Virus record (IMG/VR): IMGVR_UViG_3300006641_000031
Location: 817 to 64,816 of that record
Strand: one strand, 5' to 3'
Length of the DNA: 64,000 bases
Origin: a virus
Taxonomy: Duplodnaviria; Caudoviricetes
Shown: in pieces, positions 9,182 to 18,577 of the stretch
How the letters are laid out: the number at the start of each line of letters is the position of its first letter
Position numbering within the stretch: the first letter of the stretch is position 1
Made by a program: the position numbers and the translations under genes
The notes under the pieces: model-generated
Database searches by the model: none
Told to the model about the DNA's origin: nothing
Seen by the model: only the letters and a program-made list of their open reading frames with translations

Positions 9182-11968
9182 ATGTCCGAAGAAACCTTGC
9201 ATCGGCGTCGGTTTACCCTGGACTCCCTGGATGGGATTGTCTTTGATTTAGACGAAAATGATAAGAGCTACGAGGTCCTGGATGGGTTGAAATTTAACCC
9301 GAACCAGCCCCGGGTAGCGAGTGGTCCCCAAGGGGGTCAATGGACGGCTGGTTCTTGGTCTGCGGCTGTGACTGCCGCTCCAAAGGAGCTTCATGACGCG
9401 GCTGGAAATCCTATTCCTGGTAATATTGGGAAACTTTCGAAGGTGGACACCTCGAAATGGGATGCCAATAAGCCAGGCTCTAAAGCAGCCCTCAAGAAAA
9501 TTGCATTATATGAGAAGTTGGCGGCGGCGGGGGCTTGGGGAGAATTGGCAGCGGCAAAGGAGTCCCTTAAAGTATCCGGCTCTCCCAATACGTACCAGAA
9601 AACAACGATTAAAGCGTTAGATACTTTGTTGGAGGCCTCCAAGCTCAAATCGGTCAACGAGATCCCGGAAAAAGCGGAGGTGACTAAAGAGGACACCGCC
9701 GTATTGTCTACCAAGGGTTGGGTCCAGATTTCTGGAAAGCTTGGAACGGAAGAAGGTGGGAAATTCAAAGGTCCTGACGGTAAAGAATATTACGTCAAGA
9801 CTCCTACGAATCCAGCCCGTGCTCATAACGAGGTGTTGGCCTCCAAGCTTTACGAGGCGTTTGGAGCTCAAGCGATCAAGTGCCATTTGGTGGACCTCAA
9901 CGGGAAAACTGCTGTAGCTTCGGAGTGGGCACAAGAGTCCGTGGTTCCAAAGTGGGATAACCCCAATGTCAAGGCAGATGCAGCGAGGGATTACGCTGTT
10001 CACGCTTTATTGGGGAATTGGGATGTGATTGGCCATCCATCTCAGCCGGACAATTGCAAATACATTGGTGGCAAACTGACGCTCGTGGATGCTGGGGGTT
10101 CGTTGGAGTTCAAGGCTAGTGGAGGGTCGGGCAAGAAACCTTACGGGCCAGATTTGAAGGACTACGATACCTTACGAAATCATGTTTACAACACGATGGG
10201 AGGTGCTGTTTTCGGGGATATGACGAAGCAGCAGCATATTGAGACAATGGGTCGCGTGGTAAACTCTGGTATGACCCCCAAGAAAATCCAAGACTTGGTG
10301 GATAAGTACCACGGAGGAACGGAAGCAGAAAAGAAGGCTCTTGGGAAAACTATTGCTACTCGTATGGAGCTCATGAAAGCAAAATACGAAAAAGCAGTTT
10401 TAGAAGAGAAGGTTACAAAGGCCGCGGTGGAGGCTTATCAAGCTCAGGTCGCCAGTTCTTCCCCGGATCAAAAACCGAAGTTAGAACTCCCTGGTAAGTC
10501 GCCGGATGCTGTTCCTAATGTGTCCATGCCACCTAAGCCTATCAATTTGGCTTCGATGCATCCTGCTAATCAGAAAATTATCAATAAGGTGGCGGAAGCA
10601 GCTATTCAGTGGAGTGCTGATTCAACGAGTGTCATGGAGGCATTTAATTCTGAAATAACTAAAGTGAATGACGAGTATGGAACATCCACGCCCGGTGGAT
10701 TTACAGAATTTGCTGCTGTTTCTAAATTTGTTGTCGAATCAGCCAATGCCATGAAGGCCACCCAAGAAGCCTTTTTTGCTCAGATGAACAAAGGCACATC
10801 GGAGGTGAGTAAGAAGCAGCAAGAAGTTGCGGCAAAACAACCATCTGCGCAGAAAGCAGCAAAGGCTGCGTCCTCTAAGAAATATAGCATGACCCTTAAA
10901 GAATGGGGTGAGCATCGTAACATGCTAAAAGCGGGAATAAAATCTTTAGACGTTTGGGCTGAAACCTTGACTCCTGGTTCTGATCTGCATTCAAAGGTCA
11001 TGGGAACTAAAAAGGAGATGCAAGGAATGTCCGATTTGCTTACGAAAGAGGATTATGACGGGCTTGTAAACTTGCAGTACAAGCAAGAGGTAAAAGAAAA
11101 TCCAACGGTCAAACACGCACTCTCCCAGATCCTCAACACTCTTAAGACCAACAAGGAAAAAACTGTTAGTAAATCGGTTGGAGCAGGGGAGTCGTACAAG
11201 TCCACATCAGAAAAAGTGGCGACCAAGTGCAATAAAATCAAAGCAACCGCGAAGGATACGCCGATTGCTGGGGCACCAGTTTTAGAAAAGGTTGGTTATT
11301 GGAACGTCATTGCCAATAAGAAGAACTCTGAGTTCTTGGAAAAGAATGGATTCAATACCGAAAACTTGGAAAAACTTGTTGAGAACAGTGATTTTATAAA
11401 ACTTGATTCAAGCTATGGCCCCACTCCTATGAAACCAATGGAGGATGCATTCGCAAAGACTCTGGATTTTACTCAAGAAATATACATTCAAAAATACACG
11501 GGCAGCTCTTACGAGGATTATAATCATGCATTAAGGAGCGTCACTCCACCAAAAAAGGGTACGAAAGATTGGGGTTGGTATCAAGAAGCCCTTTTGGTTT
11601 CTAAAACGGTAATGGAAAAATCTGTAGATCTTCCCGTTGGTCTGAAACTAAGTCGTAAATATTCTGGGGATGTTCCAGAGGTTGGTTCTGTTGTTGCTGA
11701 TCGTGGAAATCTTAGCACTTCTTATGATCCAAAGAAGTGGAGTGGCAATGTCCACATGAGATTAGCCGTGGGTCCGGGTGTGAAAGGGTGTCCAGTGGCT
11801 TCCATATCTAGTAATGCGAGTGAAAGGGAGGTTATTCTTCCACCGAATACTAGAATTTACGTTACGAAAGTGACAAAGCCGACTAAGCAGCAAGAATATT
11901 TGAACATTCCAACAGTGGTAGAGGCTGTTATCCTCCCAACCACAAGTGATCAATGTTGTCCTCCGTAA
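9182..11968 (+). CDS. Large putative head-packaged effector: HipA/PI3K-like kinase domain + C-terminal ADP-ribosyltransferase
   Basis: Kinase-like motifs G.EEGG..YYVK, NEVLASKLY, LLGNWDVIG..DN and LVDAG. ART motifs YTGSSY.DYN.ALR, LSRK, LSTS and SEREVILPPNT. Confidence 0.7.
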   Translation: MSEETLHRRRFTLDSLDGIVFDLDENDKSYEVLDGLKFNPNQPRVASGPQGGQWTAGSWSAAVTAAPKELHDAAGNPIPGNIGKLSKVDTSKWDANKPGSKAALKKIALYEKLAAAGAWGELAAAKESLKVSGSPNTYQKTTIKALDTLLEASKLKSVNEIPEKAEVTKEDTAVLSTKGWVQISGKLGTEEGGKFKGPDGKEYYVKTPTNPARAHNEVLASKLYEAFGAQAIKCHLVDLNGKTAVASEWAQESVVPKWDNPNVKADAARDYAVHALLGNWDVIGHPSQPDNCKYIGGKLTLVDAGGSLEFKASGGSGKKPYGPDLKDYDTLRNHVYNTMGGAVFGDMTKQQHIETMGRVVNSGMTPKKIQDLVDKYHGGTEAEKKALGKTIATRMELMKAKYEKAVLEEKVTKAAVEAYQAQVASSSPDQKPKLELPGKSPDAVPNVSMPPKPINLASMHPANQKIINKVAEAAIQWSADSTSVMEAFNSEITKVNDEYGTSTPGGFTEFAAVSKFVVESANAMKATQEAFFAQMNKGTSEVSKKQQEVAAKQPSAQKAAKAASSKKYSMTLKEWGEHRNMLKAGIKSLDVWAETLTPGSDLHSKVMGTKKEMQGMSDLLTKEDYDGLVNLQYKQEVKENPTVKHALSQILNTLKTNKEKTVSKSVGAGESYKSTSEKVATKCNKIKATAKDTPIAGAPVLEKVGYWNVIANKKNSEFLEKNGFNTENLEKLVENSDFIKLDSSYGPTPMKPMEDAFAKTLDFTQEIYIQKYTGSSYEDYNHALRSVTPPKKGTKDWGWYQEALLVSKTVMEKSVDLPVGLKLSRKYSGDVPEVGSVVADRGNLSTSYDPKKWSGNVHMRLAVGPGVKGCPVASISSNASEREVILPPNTRIYVTKVTKPTKQQEYLNIPTVVEAVILPTTSDQCCPP

Positions 11969-11984
11969 GTAAAGGTGTTTCATT

Positions 11985-12515
11985 ATGCCGGAACAAAAAG
12001 ATCAAGAAAACACAGAACGAGCAAAAGTTTTAGAAAAGGAGGCGTTGTTTGCTACCCTAATTGAAAAGTCGACGGATGAAGATAATGGCTATTTAGGGCA
12101 TGAATCCGTTGTGGACTTTTTGATTCGGGACGCCATTGATAAGGTGAATCACGTCCTCAGCAATGACGCTTTTTCAGAAAAGCAATTGCAAGGACAGATT
12201 CGGATGATCGCCACGGAAATGGCAGATGTTTTGATGGGATTTGAAGAAGAAGATTTTTACCCGGTTCGGAATTGGAATACCCCCAAAGCATTAGCCAACT
12301 ATCTCCGTGAAAATTTTGGGGTCACGGAGACCAACAATGAGCAAGCGGTGGAGCATGGGGTGATGCTCATGTTGGACGAATATTTGGATCTTTTGGAAGT
12401 GCTGTTCGTTCCAGGAACTTTGGACGAACAGATCAAGAACGGATTGGATGAATTCGTCAATCGTTGGACAGCCATTTGGATGGGAACTTGGCTAACTCTC
12501 CAAGTTGGTGTTTGA
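11985..12515 (+). CDS. Acidic helical hypothetical protein (candidate immunity/partner of the upstream toxin)
   Basis: 176 aa, D/E-rich, directly after the ART gene. Function is inferred from position only. Confidence 0.5.
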   Translation: MPEQKDQENTERAKVLEKEALFATLIEKSTDEDNGYLGHESVVDFLIRDAIDKVNHVLSNDAFSEKQLQGQIRMIATEMADVLMGFEEEDFYPVRNWNTPKALANYLRENFGVTETNNEQAVEHGVMLMLDEYLDLLEVLFVPGTLDEQIKNGLDEFVNRWTAIWMGTWLTLQVGV

Positions 12516-12536
12516 CTTTAGCTAGAAAGAAGAACC

Positions 12537-12851
12537 ATGAATAAACTGATTCACAATAATAAACTGGAGCCTAGCTCCATTGATGACTATGCTCTGGCGG
12601 AGGCCGTGGAGCATCGTTTCGTGGGGCTGTGCGAAAGTTACCTCCGAATTAAAGGGGTGGAGTTGGTGCCTCCCCAAGATTTGGATGGTGCTATGCTGCG
12701 TTGGCGTTCTCTAAGGGTGCGTCACCACAATGGGGACCTTCGGCACACAATGGCCGAGATGCAAGCCACTCGGGAGGTTGCAGAGTGGACAGTTCGGGAA
12801 AACGCCAAGCTAAGAAACCAGTCTATTCCTTCATTGGTGTGGAAGGACTAA
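12537..12851 (+). CDS. Hypothetical protein
   Basis: ORF in the tightly packed + strand run. Confidence 0.5.
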   Translation: MNKLIHNNKLEPSSIDDYALAEAVEHRFVGLCESYLRIKGVELVPPQDLDGAMLRWRSLRVRHHNGDLRHTMAEMQATREVAEWTVRENAKLRNQSIPSLVWKD

Positions 12852-12864
12852 ACCCTTACAAACA

Positions 12865-13086
12865 ATGGCTACTCCACGTTTAGCAGACGTTAAGTGTTCT
12901 AAGATTCAGTTTCAGCCCGGGGACCGTATTTTGGTAAGGGTGTTCGAGCCACTTTCCAAAGAAGAAATGATTCGGCTAAAAAAGACGGTGGAAAAATGGG
13001 CTGGAGGTGTGGTGGAAGTTTTAGTTTTCAATTGCACCAAGATGGATGTGCAAGTGGAAAGGAATGGCGTGATCACGAATGGCTGA
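12865..13086 (+). CDS. Hypothetical protein
   Basis: Short ORF overlapping the next start. Confidence 0.5.
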   Translation: MATPRLADVKCSKIQFQPGDRILVRVFEPLSKEEMIRLKKTVEKWAGGVVEVLVFNCTKMDVQVERNGVITNG

Positions 13087-13321
13087 AGATTACCGCAGAA
13101 TTATTGAGGACGATCGGTCTTTGGAGTTATTTTTGAAAACCTTACGGGGGTTCAACCAAGCCTTTGCCGACCTGATGGCTGGTGGGGATGATTTTACGCT
13201 GAGGCTAGAAGTCCATGGGAATGCCAGTCAGCTCCTTCATGCCCGGTTTTACCAAGACGTGATAAGCCGTCCGGCGGGTGTGGAAAAAAGAGTGGACCAG
13301 AAAACAAAAAATAGAGCCTGA
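13079..13321 (+). CDS. Hypothetical protein
   Basis: Short ORF in the packed gene run. Confidence 0.5.
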   Translation: MAEDYRRIIEDDRSLELFLKTLRGFNQAFADLMAGGDDFTLRLEVHGNASQLLHARFYQDVISRPAGVEKRVDQKTKNRA

Positions 13322-13441
13322 GTCGTGTTTTTGTTCTGCCGTGGTTGGATTAGGTTATAAGGAATGCCCGTCTAAGCCCAGAAGCCTCGGCGGTTACTTT
13401 CGCTTACAATTTCCCCCTCTGAGGATCTGGGAGTTTGGTCC

Positions 13442-13879
13442 ATGCCAAAGAATGTTACGTTCTATCTCGGCCCGGCTGTAAATCTTTCGGCCCGGCAACT
13501 CACGATTACCCGCATGATGAAAGCGGGAGATGATTCGGCTCCGGCTGCCACGTATAATTCGGACGTGGGCAGTACCACGACGAACGTCACGGTGGCTCTG
13601 GCAGACAATCAGCTCTGGCAAGCGAAGTTGGTGGATACCCGAACTACGGGCGAAGTGAGTGACCCCGATGTTCTAAACTTCCATACGGGGGCTTTGCAGT
13701 TCCCTGGACCCAAGACAGGGGACCGGCTGCAAATTCTTAGCATGGAAGACGAATCCAGCAGCTCCAGCAGCTCCAGTTCGAGCTCCAACAGCTCCAGCAG
13801 TTCGTCGTCGCATAGCTCTAGCTCCAACAGTTCGTCGTCGTCCAGCAGCTCCAGCTCCAACAGCTCCAGCAGTAGCTAG
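13442..13879 (+). CDS. Small beta-sandwich (FN3/Ig-like) virion protein with C-terminal poly-Ser tail
   Basis: About 100 aa beta-rich domain, then EDE followed by about 41 nearly pure Ser residues to the stop; GGGAG RBS. Confidence 0.65.
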   Translation: MPKNVTFYLGPAVNLSARQLTITRMMKAGDDSAPAATYNSDVGSTTTNVTVALADNQLWQAKLVDTRTTGEVSDPDVLNFHTGALQFPGPKTGDRLQILSMEDESSSSSSSSSSSNSSSSSSSHSSSSNSSSSSSSSSSNSSSSS

Positions 13880-13901
13880 TTGATTAACCGTAGGTGGGTC
13901 G

Positions 13902-14216
13902 ATGGTATTACCTTTGCCAGATAATCAGTTTCACAATGTGTGCCGATGGGTGTTGCGTGGTTCTTGGAATCACGCACAAACAATTCACGCCATTTGTGCT
14001 GAGGTTCTGCAACGATTTACTGTGGACCCAGTGCGAACTCCTGGTCCGGGGGGGCTTCCGGCTCCCCCGGACGGGAGTGATCAAGTAGACATTCGAAGCT
14101 TTCTGGAGTGGACCGAAAAGATTACTGTAGAGAATGGGGTGGATGCCGCTCAAGAGCCGTGCATCCGCCAAATTCTTTTTCTGGAACATTTGGCCACTCT
14201 TCGGTTGGGGATGTAG
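13902..14216 (+). CDS. Hypothetical protein
   Basis: ORF between the poly-Ser gene and the protease region. Confidence 0.5.
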   Translation: MVLPLPDNQFHNVCRWVLRGSWNHAQTIHAICAEVLQRFTVDPVRTPGPGGLPAPPDGSDQVDIRSFLEWTEKITVENGVDAAQEPCIRQILFLEHLATLRLGM

Positions 14217-14217
14217 A

Positions 14218-14502
14218 ATGTATTTGAGCTATCAGCAGGTCACGGTAAACAATCAAATCAAGACAGTAAATGAGTTGGTGGTTCCCGCGAAAGCCACTCA
14301 TTGCGAAATCCAGGCTTCCACAAACAACGTCCGTTACACAATGGATGGGACCACTAATCCCTCCACAACCGCTGGAATGGCGTTGTTGACTACTCACGAA
14401 CCCAAGCTCTTTACCATTGATGACATTCGGCGAATCAAGTTTACACGGGAGAGTTCGGACGGTTACCTCAATTTGCACTACCTCGCCGGACGGGATATCT
14501 AA
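14218..14502 (+). CDS. Small beta-rich virion (decoration-like) protein
   Basis: ATG 14218 one base after the upstream stop. VRYTMDGT.P...G motif typical of small phage jelly-roll proteins. Confidence 0.55.
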   Translation: MYLSYQQVTVNNQIKTVNELVVPAKATHCEIQASTNNVRYTMDGTTNPSTTAGMALLTTHEPKLFTIDDIRRIKFTRESSDGYLNLHYLAGRDI

Positions 14503-14504
14503 CT

Positions 14505-16109
14505 GTGCCAATTCCATCTCCACGTTCTGGGGAGCAGGAACAATCTTTTATCACTCGTTGTATGTCCGACGATGTGATGCAACGGGAATACACTGATTCA
14601 ACTCAACGGGCAGCCGTTTGTTATGCTGCTTGGAAAAAGGAAGCCGAATCAATGACCACAAAAGCTGTAACAAAACACGTGTCTTCTGCCCAGTTCAAGC
14701 TCCTGCGAGCTGTTCGTTCTCGTAAGGGCGGAAGCCCGGAGCCTTTTGATTACGGCATCATGACAGCGGATCGGTTTGTCCGCAATGTGCTGGATTGTGT
14801 TGGTTCGGATTTGTGCTATCGCCAAATGGCGACTCGCTCTACTTCGCTCCACGATCTTTTGGAAAAATCGGCCCGGTCTCTAACCTACTCTAACCAAGAG
14901 ATGGTGTTGGAGGATATTTACTCCAAGGCTAAAAAAGAGGAAGCCTTGCGAGGAGTGGAGCTCCCCAAAAACACGCTGATGCTGTTCAAGCATACCCTCA
15001 CCTCTACCCGTAAAGACCGTGATGGGGATATTCTGCGAACCAAGGGGGCCAAGCCAGACCCCAAAATGCTGTTGCTGTGGCAACATGTCCATACTCTCCC
15101 CATTGGAAAACAGTTGGCGGTGGCTGACCATACGGACACCCACTTAAAAATGTTTTCTGCCGTGGTGGATATTAACCCGTTGGCTCACGATTCGGCCGTG
15201 ATGATCGACAACAAGATGGGTCGATTTAGCCATGGATTTAAGGCTTTGGAGTTTGAAGAAATTAAAACCTCCAAGGGCAAGGTGACCGGGTTTGATGTTA
15301 CTTCGTTTGAAATCATGGAGGCCAGTTTGGTTTCGGTGCCCTCTAATGTGGACGCTGAAACGGAGGATATTCTGTTGAGCTTGGTGGAAGGTCGTAAGCT
15401 TACCAGTCCCCTTATGAAAGCCTACGGAAAGGCAATTCGAGAGAAGCAGCCGGTGCGTGTTCCGGTTACGATTGATTTGAACATTCAGTTAAATGGAGAA
15501 AGCGATGGCTCCGGGAAAAAAGAGTGCTCCTGCGCATCAGAAGAAGCCCATGACGACCCCCAACAAGACCAAGAGTGGGGACAAGAAGGGAAAGCAACCG
15601 ACAACGAAGAAGTAAAGAAAAAAGAGCCTCCTATGGATTCCGATGAAGAGGAGGCAGACGAGCAAGAGGGAGCTTGCCCGGAGTGTGGTGGTGAGATGGA
15701 AGACGGTGTCTGTGAGGAGTGTGGTTACACGGAGGAAGACAAAGAAGAAGAAAAGGCTGCCAAGGTTGGTCGTACAATTAGTGCGGACAACGAAAGCAAG
15801 ATTCGGGAAGCCAAGGACAACATGGATGAAGTGATTGGAATGGAAGATGTGTCCAGGGCTTGCAAGGCTCTATGCAAGGTGGCTTCCAACAAACTCCAAG
15901 AAGTCTTGGATGCGGTGGCTTCTACTGCCATGGAGGCTGGAGCTAATCCACAAGAAAAACAAATGGGTGCCACGGAAGCGATGGCTGTGTTCTTGGCCTC
16001 GTGTACCCAAGAAGAACGTAAGAAAATGAAAGAGTTTTTGGACTCGTTTGATCAGGTAGACGAAGGCTACCGACGAGTGGAGATGTTTGAGAATCTTATG
16101 GGCGGCTAG
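14505..16109 (+). CDS. Prohead maturation protease (HK97-type) with acidic scaffold-like C-terminal extension
   Basis: DRDGDI, LLWQH..PIGK, FSHGF and EASLVSVPSN motifs; located directly before the capsid gene. Confidence 0.9.
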   Translation: MPIPSPRSGEQEQSFITRCMSDDVMQREYTDSTQRAAVCYAAWKKEAESMTTKAVTKHVSSAQFKLLRAVRSRKGGSPEPFDYGIMTADRFVRNVLDCVGSDLCYRQMATRSTSLHDLLEKSARSLTYSNQEMVLEDIYSKAKKEEALRGVELPKNTLMLFKHTLTSTRKDRDGDILRTKGAKPDPKMLLLWQHVHTLPIGKQLAVADHTDTHLKMFSAVVDINPLAHDSAVMIDNKMGRFSHGFKALEFEEIKTSKGKVTGFDVTSFEIMEASLVSVPSNVDAETEDILLSLVEGRKLTSPLMKAYGKAIREKQPVRVPVTIDLNIQLNGESDGSGKKECSCASEEAHDDPQQDQEWGQEGKATDNEEVKKKEPPMDSDEEEADEQEGACPECGGEMEDGVCEECGYTEEDKEEEKAAKVGRTISADNESKIREAKDNMDEVIGMEDVSRACKALCKVASNKLQEVLDAVASTAMEAGANPQEKQMGATEAMAVFLASCTQEERKKMKEFLDSFDQVDEGYRRVEMFENLMGG

Positions 16110-16186
16110 TCCGCCCTGATGAGTAGTTACATTCCGGCGGTCGGAATGTACTGTATCGCAACCGTCAGAAAGAAATTGGAGTTACT

Positions 16187-17809
16187 ATGAAACTGACGGC
16201 TCAATTGAAGAAGTGGTTGTCCGAGAACGCTGGTGTCAAAGCTGATGCCAGCGACGAAGACTTCCGCAAGGCCGCCGGAATCGCGTTGGCGAATGGCGAC
16301 CTGTCTACCACGAAGTTTATGGAACTCACCAAGGCCGATGACCGGCAAGCCACTCAACTGGAACAGCAGTTGTCCACATTGGGCAACAGCCTCACCAAGT
16401 TGACGGAAATGCTGGCCTCCAAGAGTGGTGAGCAGAAGCAGGAAGAGAAGAAAGAAAAAGAGGTGGAACCTCTGCGTTTGAAGGCTGCCGGCGATCAACC
16501 CGGTTGGTTTTCCAAAATGGTGTCTACTTCTTACGGCACGGATGGCGTGGAAGGCAATGGTGTTGTGGAGGTCAAGGGGGCTTGGTCGCAGTATTCCACG
16601 ACCAAGAGCACTCTCACCTACCCCACTCACACCAAGACGGGTCGAAGCCACCCTCTGGCCGGTCGGCCCGTAACGGATTTCGCCGAACGTGGTCGCATTT
16701 TGGATAACCCCTCGGAGCTGGACAAGGCTGTTGCGGGGGCTTACTCCAAGTTTCTGGTTGCCACGGCTCAACGTGGGAACAGCAAGACGTTTGGCTACCA
16801 AGCCCTGAACCAGCATGATCGTGAGCTGCTTCAGTATGCCATGCACGAAATGGAGTGGGGCGGTTCTTCGGATGGTGGGGATTACGGGGATATCAATCGC
16901 CGTCGCCTCAGTGACCTGGAACGCAAGGCTTTGATTGACGATGCTACTTCGGGTGGTTTGGAGGCTGCTCCCATTGTCTTTGATGACATGGTGATCCAGA
17001 CTCCGCTGCTGAATGGCGAACTGTTCCCCTTGGTAAACACGGTTCCTCTGGAACGTGGACGCCGAGTGGAAGGGGTTTCCACGGGCACGGTCACAGGCTC
17101 GTGGGGTGGTGTGGATGATACGGCGATTTCGCTGTTCAACACTGCTTCTTACGTGAGTGCTTTCGACACCACGATCTTCCGGTGGCAAGGCGCCATCCGT
17201 ATTGGTTTGGATTTCTTGAGCGACACCCCGATTGATTTCGGTGCTCACGTTTCCGCCCAATATGGGGAGCGGCTGCTGAAAGATCTGGACGATGTGATTG
17301 CCACGGGGAACGGCACGACGCAACCCGAAGGCATTATCAACAAGTCCGGCACGACCTCAGTTTCCTTTGGTGGTTCGACCACGATTGGGGCTTATGAGTC
17401 GTTGCGGTTTGGTGTGGCGAAGCAAGAGCATCGCCCGAACGTGGCGGGGACTGCCGTTTTTTGCGGAACGGAAACGTCCTATATGCGGGCGAAAGCCATC
17501 CCGGTTGGAGCTTCGGATGCTCGTCGGCTGTCTGGGTATATGGTTGGAAATGGCCCTTATGGCTACTCCGACTACACTTGGATGGAGCGTCCCTACAAAA
17601 TCAACTCCAGCCTGTCCAACGCTCAAATCTTCTACGCCATCCTGGGTCGGTACCGGATGTATCGGCGACGTGGTTTGACCATGCGGACATCCACGGAAGG
17701 GGATACGCTGATTCGGGCGAATGAGATGCTGATGACCGTGACTGCTCGTTACGGTGGTCAGCTGGAGCGTGGTGGCTGTGCTGCTATCACCACGACGGCT
17801 CCTGCCTAA
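16187..17809 (+). CDS. Major capsid protein (HK97 fold)
   Basis: GG..AP..F...VI, FLSD..ID.G..V...YGE..DD.I..GNGT.QPEGI motifs; strong codon bias; follows the protease. Confidence 0.9.
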   Translation: MKLTAQLKKWLSENAGVKADASDEDFRKAAGIALANGDLSTTKFMELTKADDRQATQLEQQLSTLGNSLTKLTEMLASKSGEQKQEEKKEKEVEPLRLKAAGDQPGWFSKMVSTSYGTDGVEGNGVVEVKGAWSQYSTTKSTLTYPTHTKTGRSHPLAGRPVTDFAERGRILDNPSELDKAVAGAYSKFLVATAQRGNSKTFGYQALNQHDRELLQYAMHEMEWGGSSDGGDYGDINRRRLSDLERKALIDDATSGGLEAAPIVFDDMVIQTPLLNGELFPLVNTVPLERGRRVEGVSTGTVTGSWGGVDDTAISLFNTASYVSAFDTTIFRWQGAIRIGLDFLSDTPIDFGAHVSAQYGERLLKDLDDVIATGNGTTQPEGIINKSGTTSVSFGGSTTIGAYESLRFGVAKQEHRPNVAGTAVFCGTETSYMRAKAIPVGASDARRLSGYMVGNGPYGYSDYTWMERPYKINSSLSNAQIFYAILGRYRMYRRRGLTMRTSTEGDTLIRANEMLMTVTARYGGQLERGGCAAITTTAPA

Positions 17810-17823
17810 GTGCTGTGATCCTT

Positions 17824-17907
17824 TGGCGGAGGTTGACCCACCTACCTCCCTCCGCCATGCAACCCCTCTCCCGGCTTTTGGTTCTTCGGCCGGGAGAGGG
17901 TGTTTTT
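17824..17907 (+). terminator. Two hairpins; the second is a Rho-independent terminator after the capsid gene
   Basis: TGGCGGAGG...CCTCCGCCA, then CCCTCTCCCGGC...GCCGGGAGAGGG followed by TGTTTTT. Confidence 0.65.
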
Positions 17908-17941
17908 GTATAGAAGAACCAGAAGAACTGAAAGGTTTGCA

Positions 17942-18574
17942 ATGTCTGAAGAAACTACGGTAGTTCAGGAACAACGTGGTGGTGGCAAGAAGCCAGCGAC
18001 AGTATTGGTGGGTCCATTTACTGTGGAGGCCGATCACCCCAGAAATTGCGATTTGCTGCTTCAGGGTATTCCTGGGGCTCGTCTACGATCGGCCATTTCT
18101 GCGAGCCGGGTGGTTTTGGACCAACACACTGGAGAACCCAAGATTCCGGTGGACCAAGCCCGGCACTTGGGGGCCATGCCTCCAATCCCTGGGATGCGTT
18201 TACACGTCCATCCAAAAAATTGCACCTACAGAATTGAAGACCCCTTGGACAGCCCGGAGGGAGCCGAACTGTGCGAGCGTATTCGGCGACGGCTGAACGA
18301 GACCGGGATGGCCATTGATAAGCTTAAGGGGGTTCCCTCTGTTGAGGGCAAGCTGGATATCCACCGCATGAAAACCCTCTGCCGAGAGGTGGTGTGGCTG
18401 CTGAATGAAAAGGCAGTTCGCATGGTGCAAGGGGAAGAGCCTCTACTGGATGAAGTGGATGCCATGCCCGGGTTCTATCTGCTCAATCCAGGCTCCACGG
18501 TTGCCAACACGCAACCCATTTACGAAAAAGATTGGGCGGGTTGGGTCGAGAAATTGACTCACATGGGAGGCTAA
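17942..18574 (+). CDS. Hypothetical protein
   Basis: ATG 17942 after GAAAGG. Confidence 0.6.
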   Translation: MSEETTVVQEQRGGGKKPATVLVGPFTVEADHPRNCDLLLQGIPGARLRSAISASRVVLDQHTGEPKIPVDQARHLGAMPPIPGMRLHVHPKNCTYRIEDPLDSPEGAELCERIRRRLNETGMAIDKLKGVPSVEGKLDIHRMKTLCREVVWLLNEKAVRMVQGEEPLLDEVDAMPGFYLLNPGSTVANTQPIYEKDWAGWVEKLTHMGG

Positions 18575-18577
18575 CCC

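Noticed and set aside
16127-18037. Minus-strand ORFs opposite the capsid gene, similar to 1517..2602 and 5781..6665
   Set aside because: Antisense to well-supported genes with strong codon bias; no recognisable motifs.
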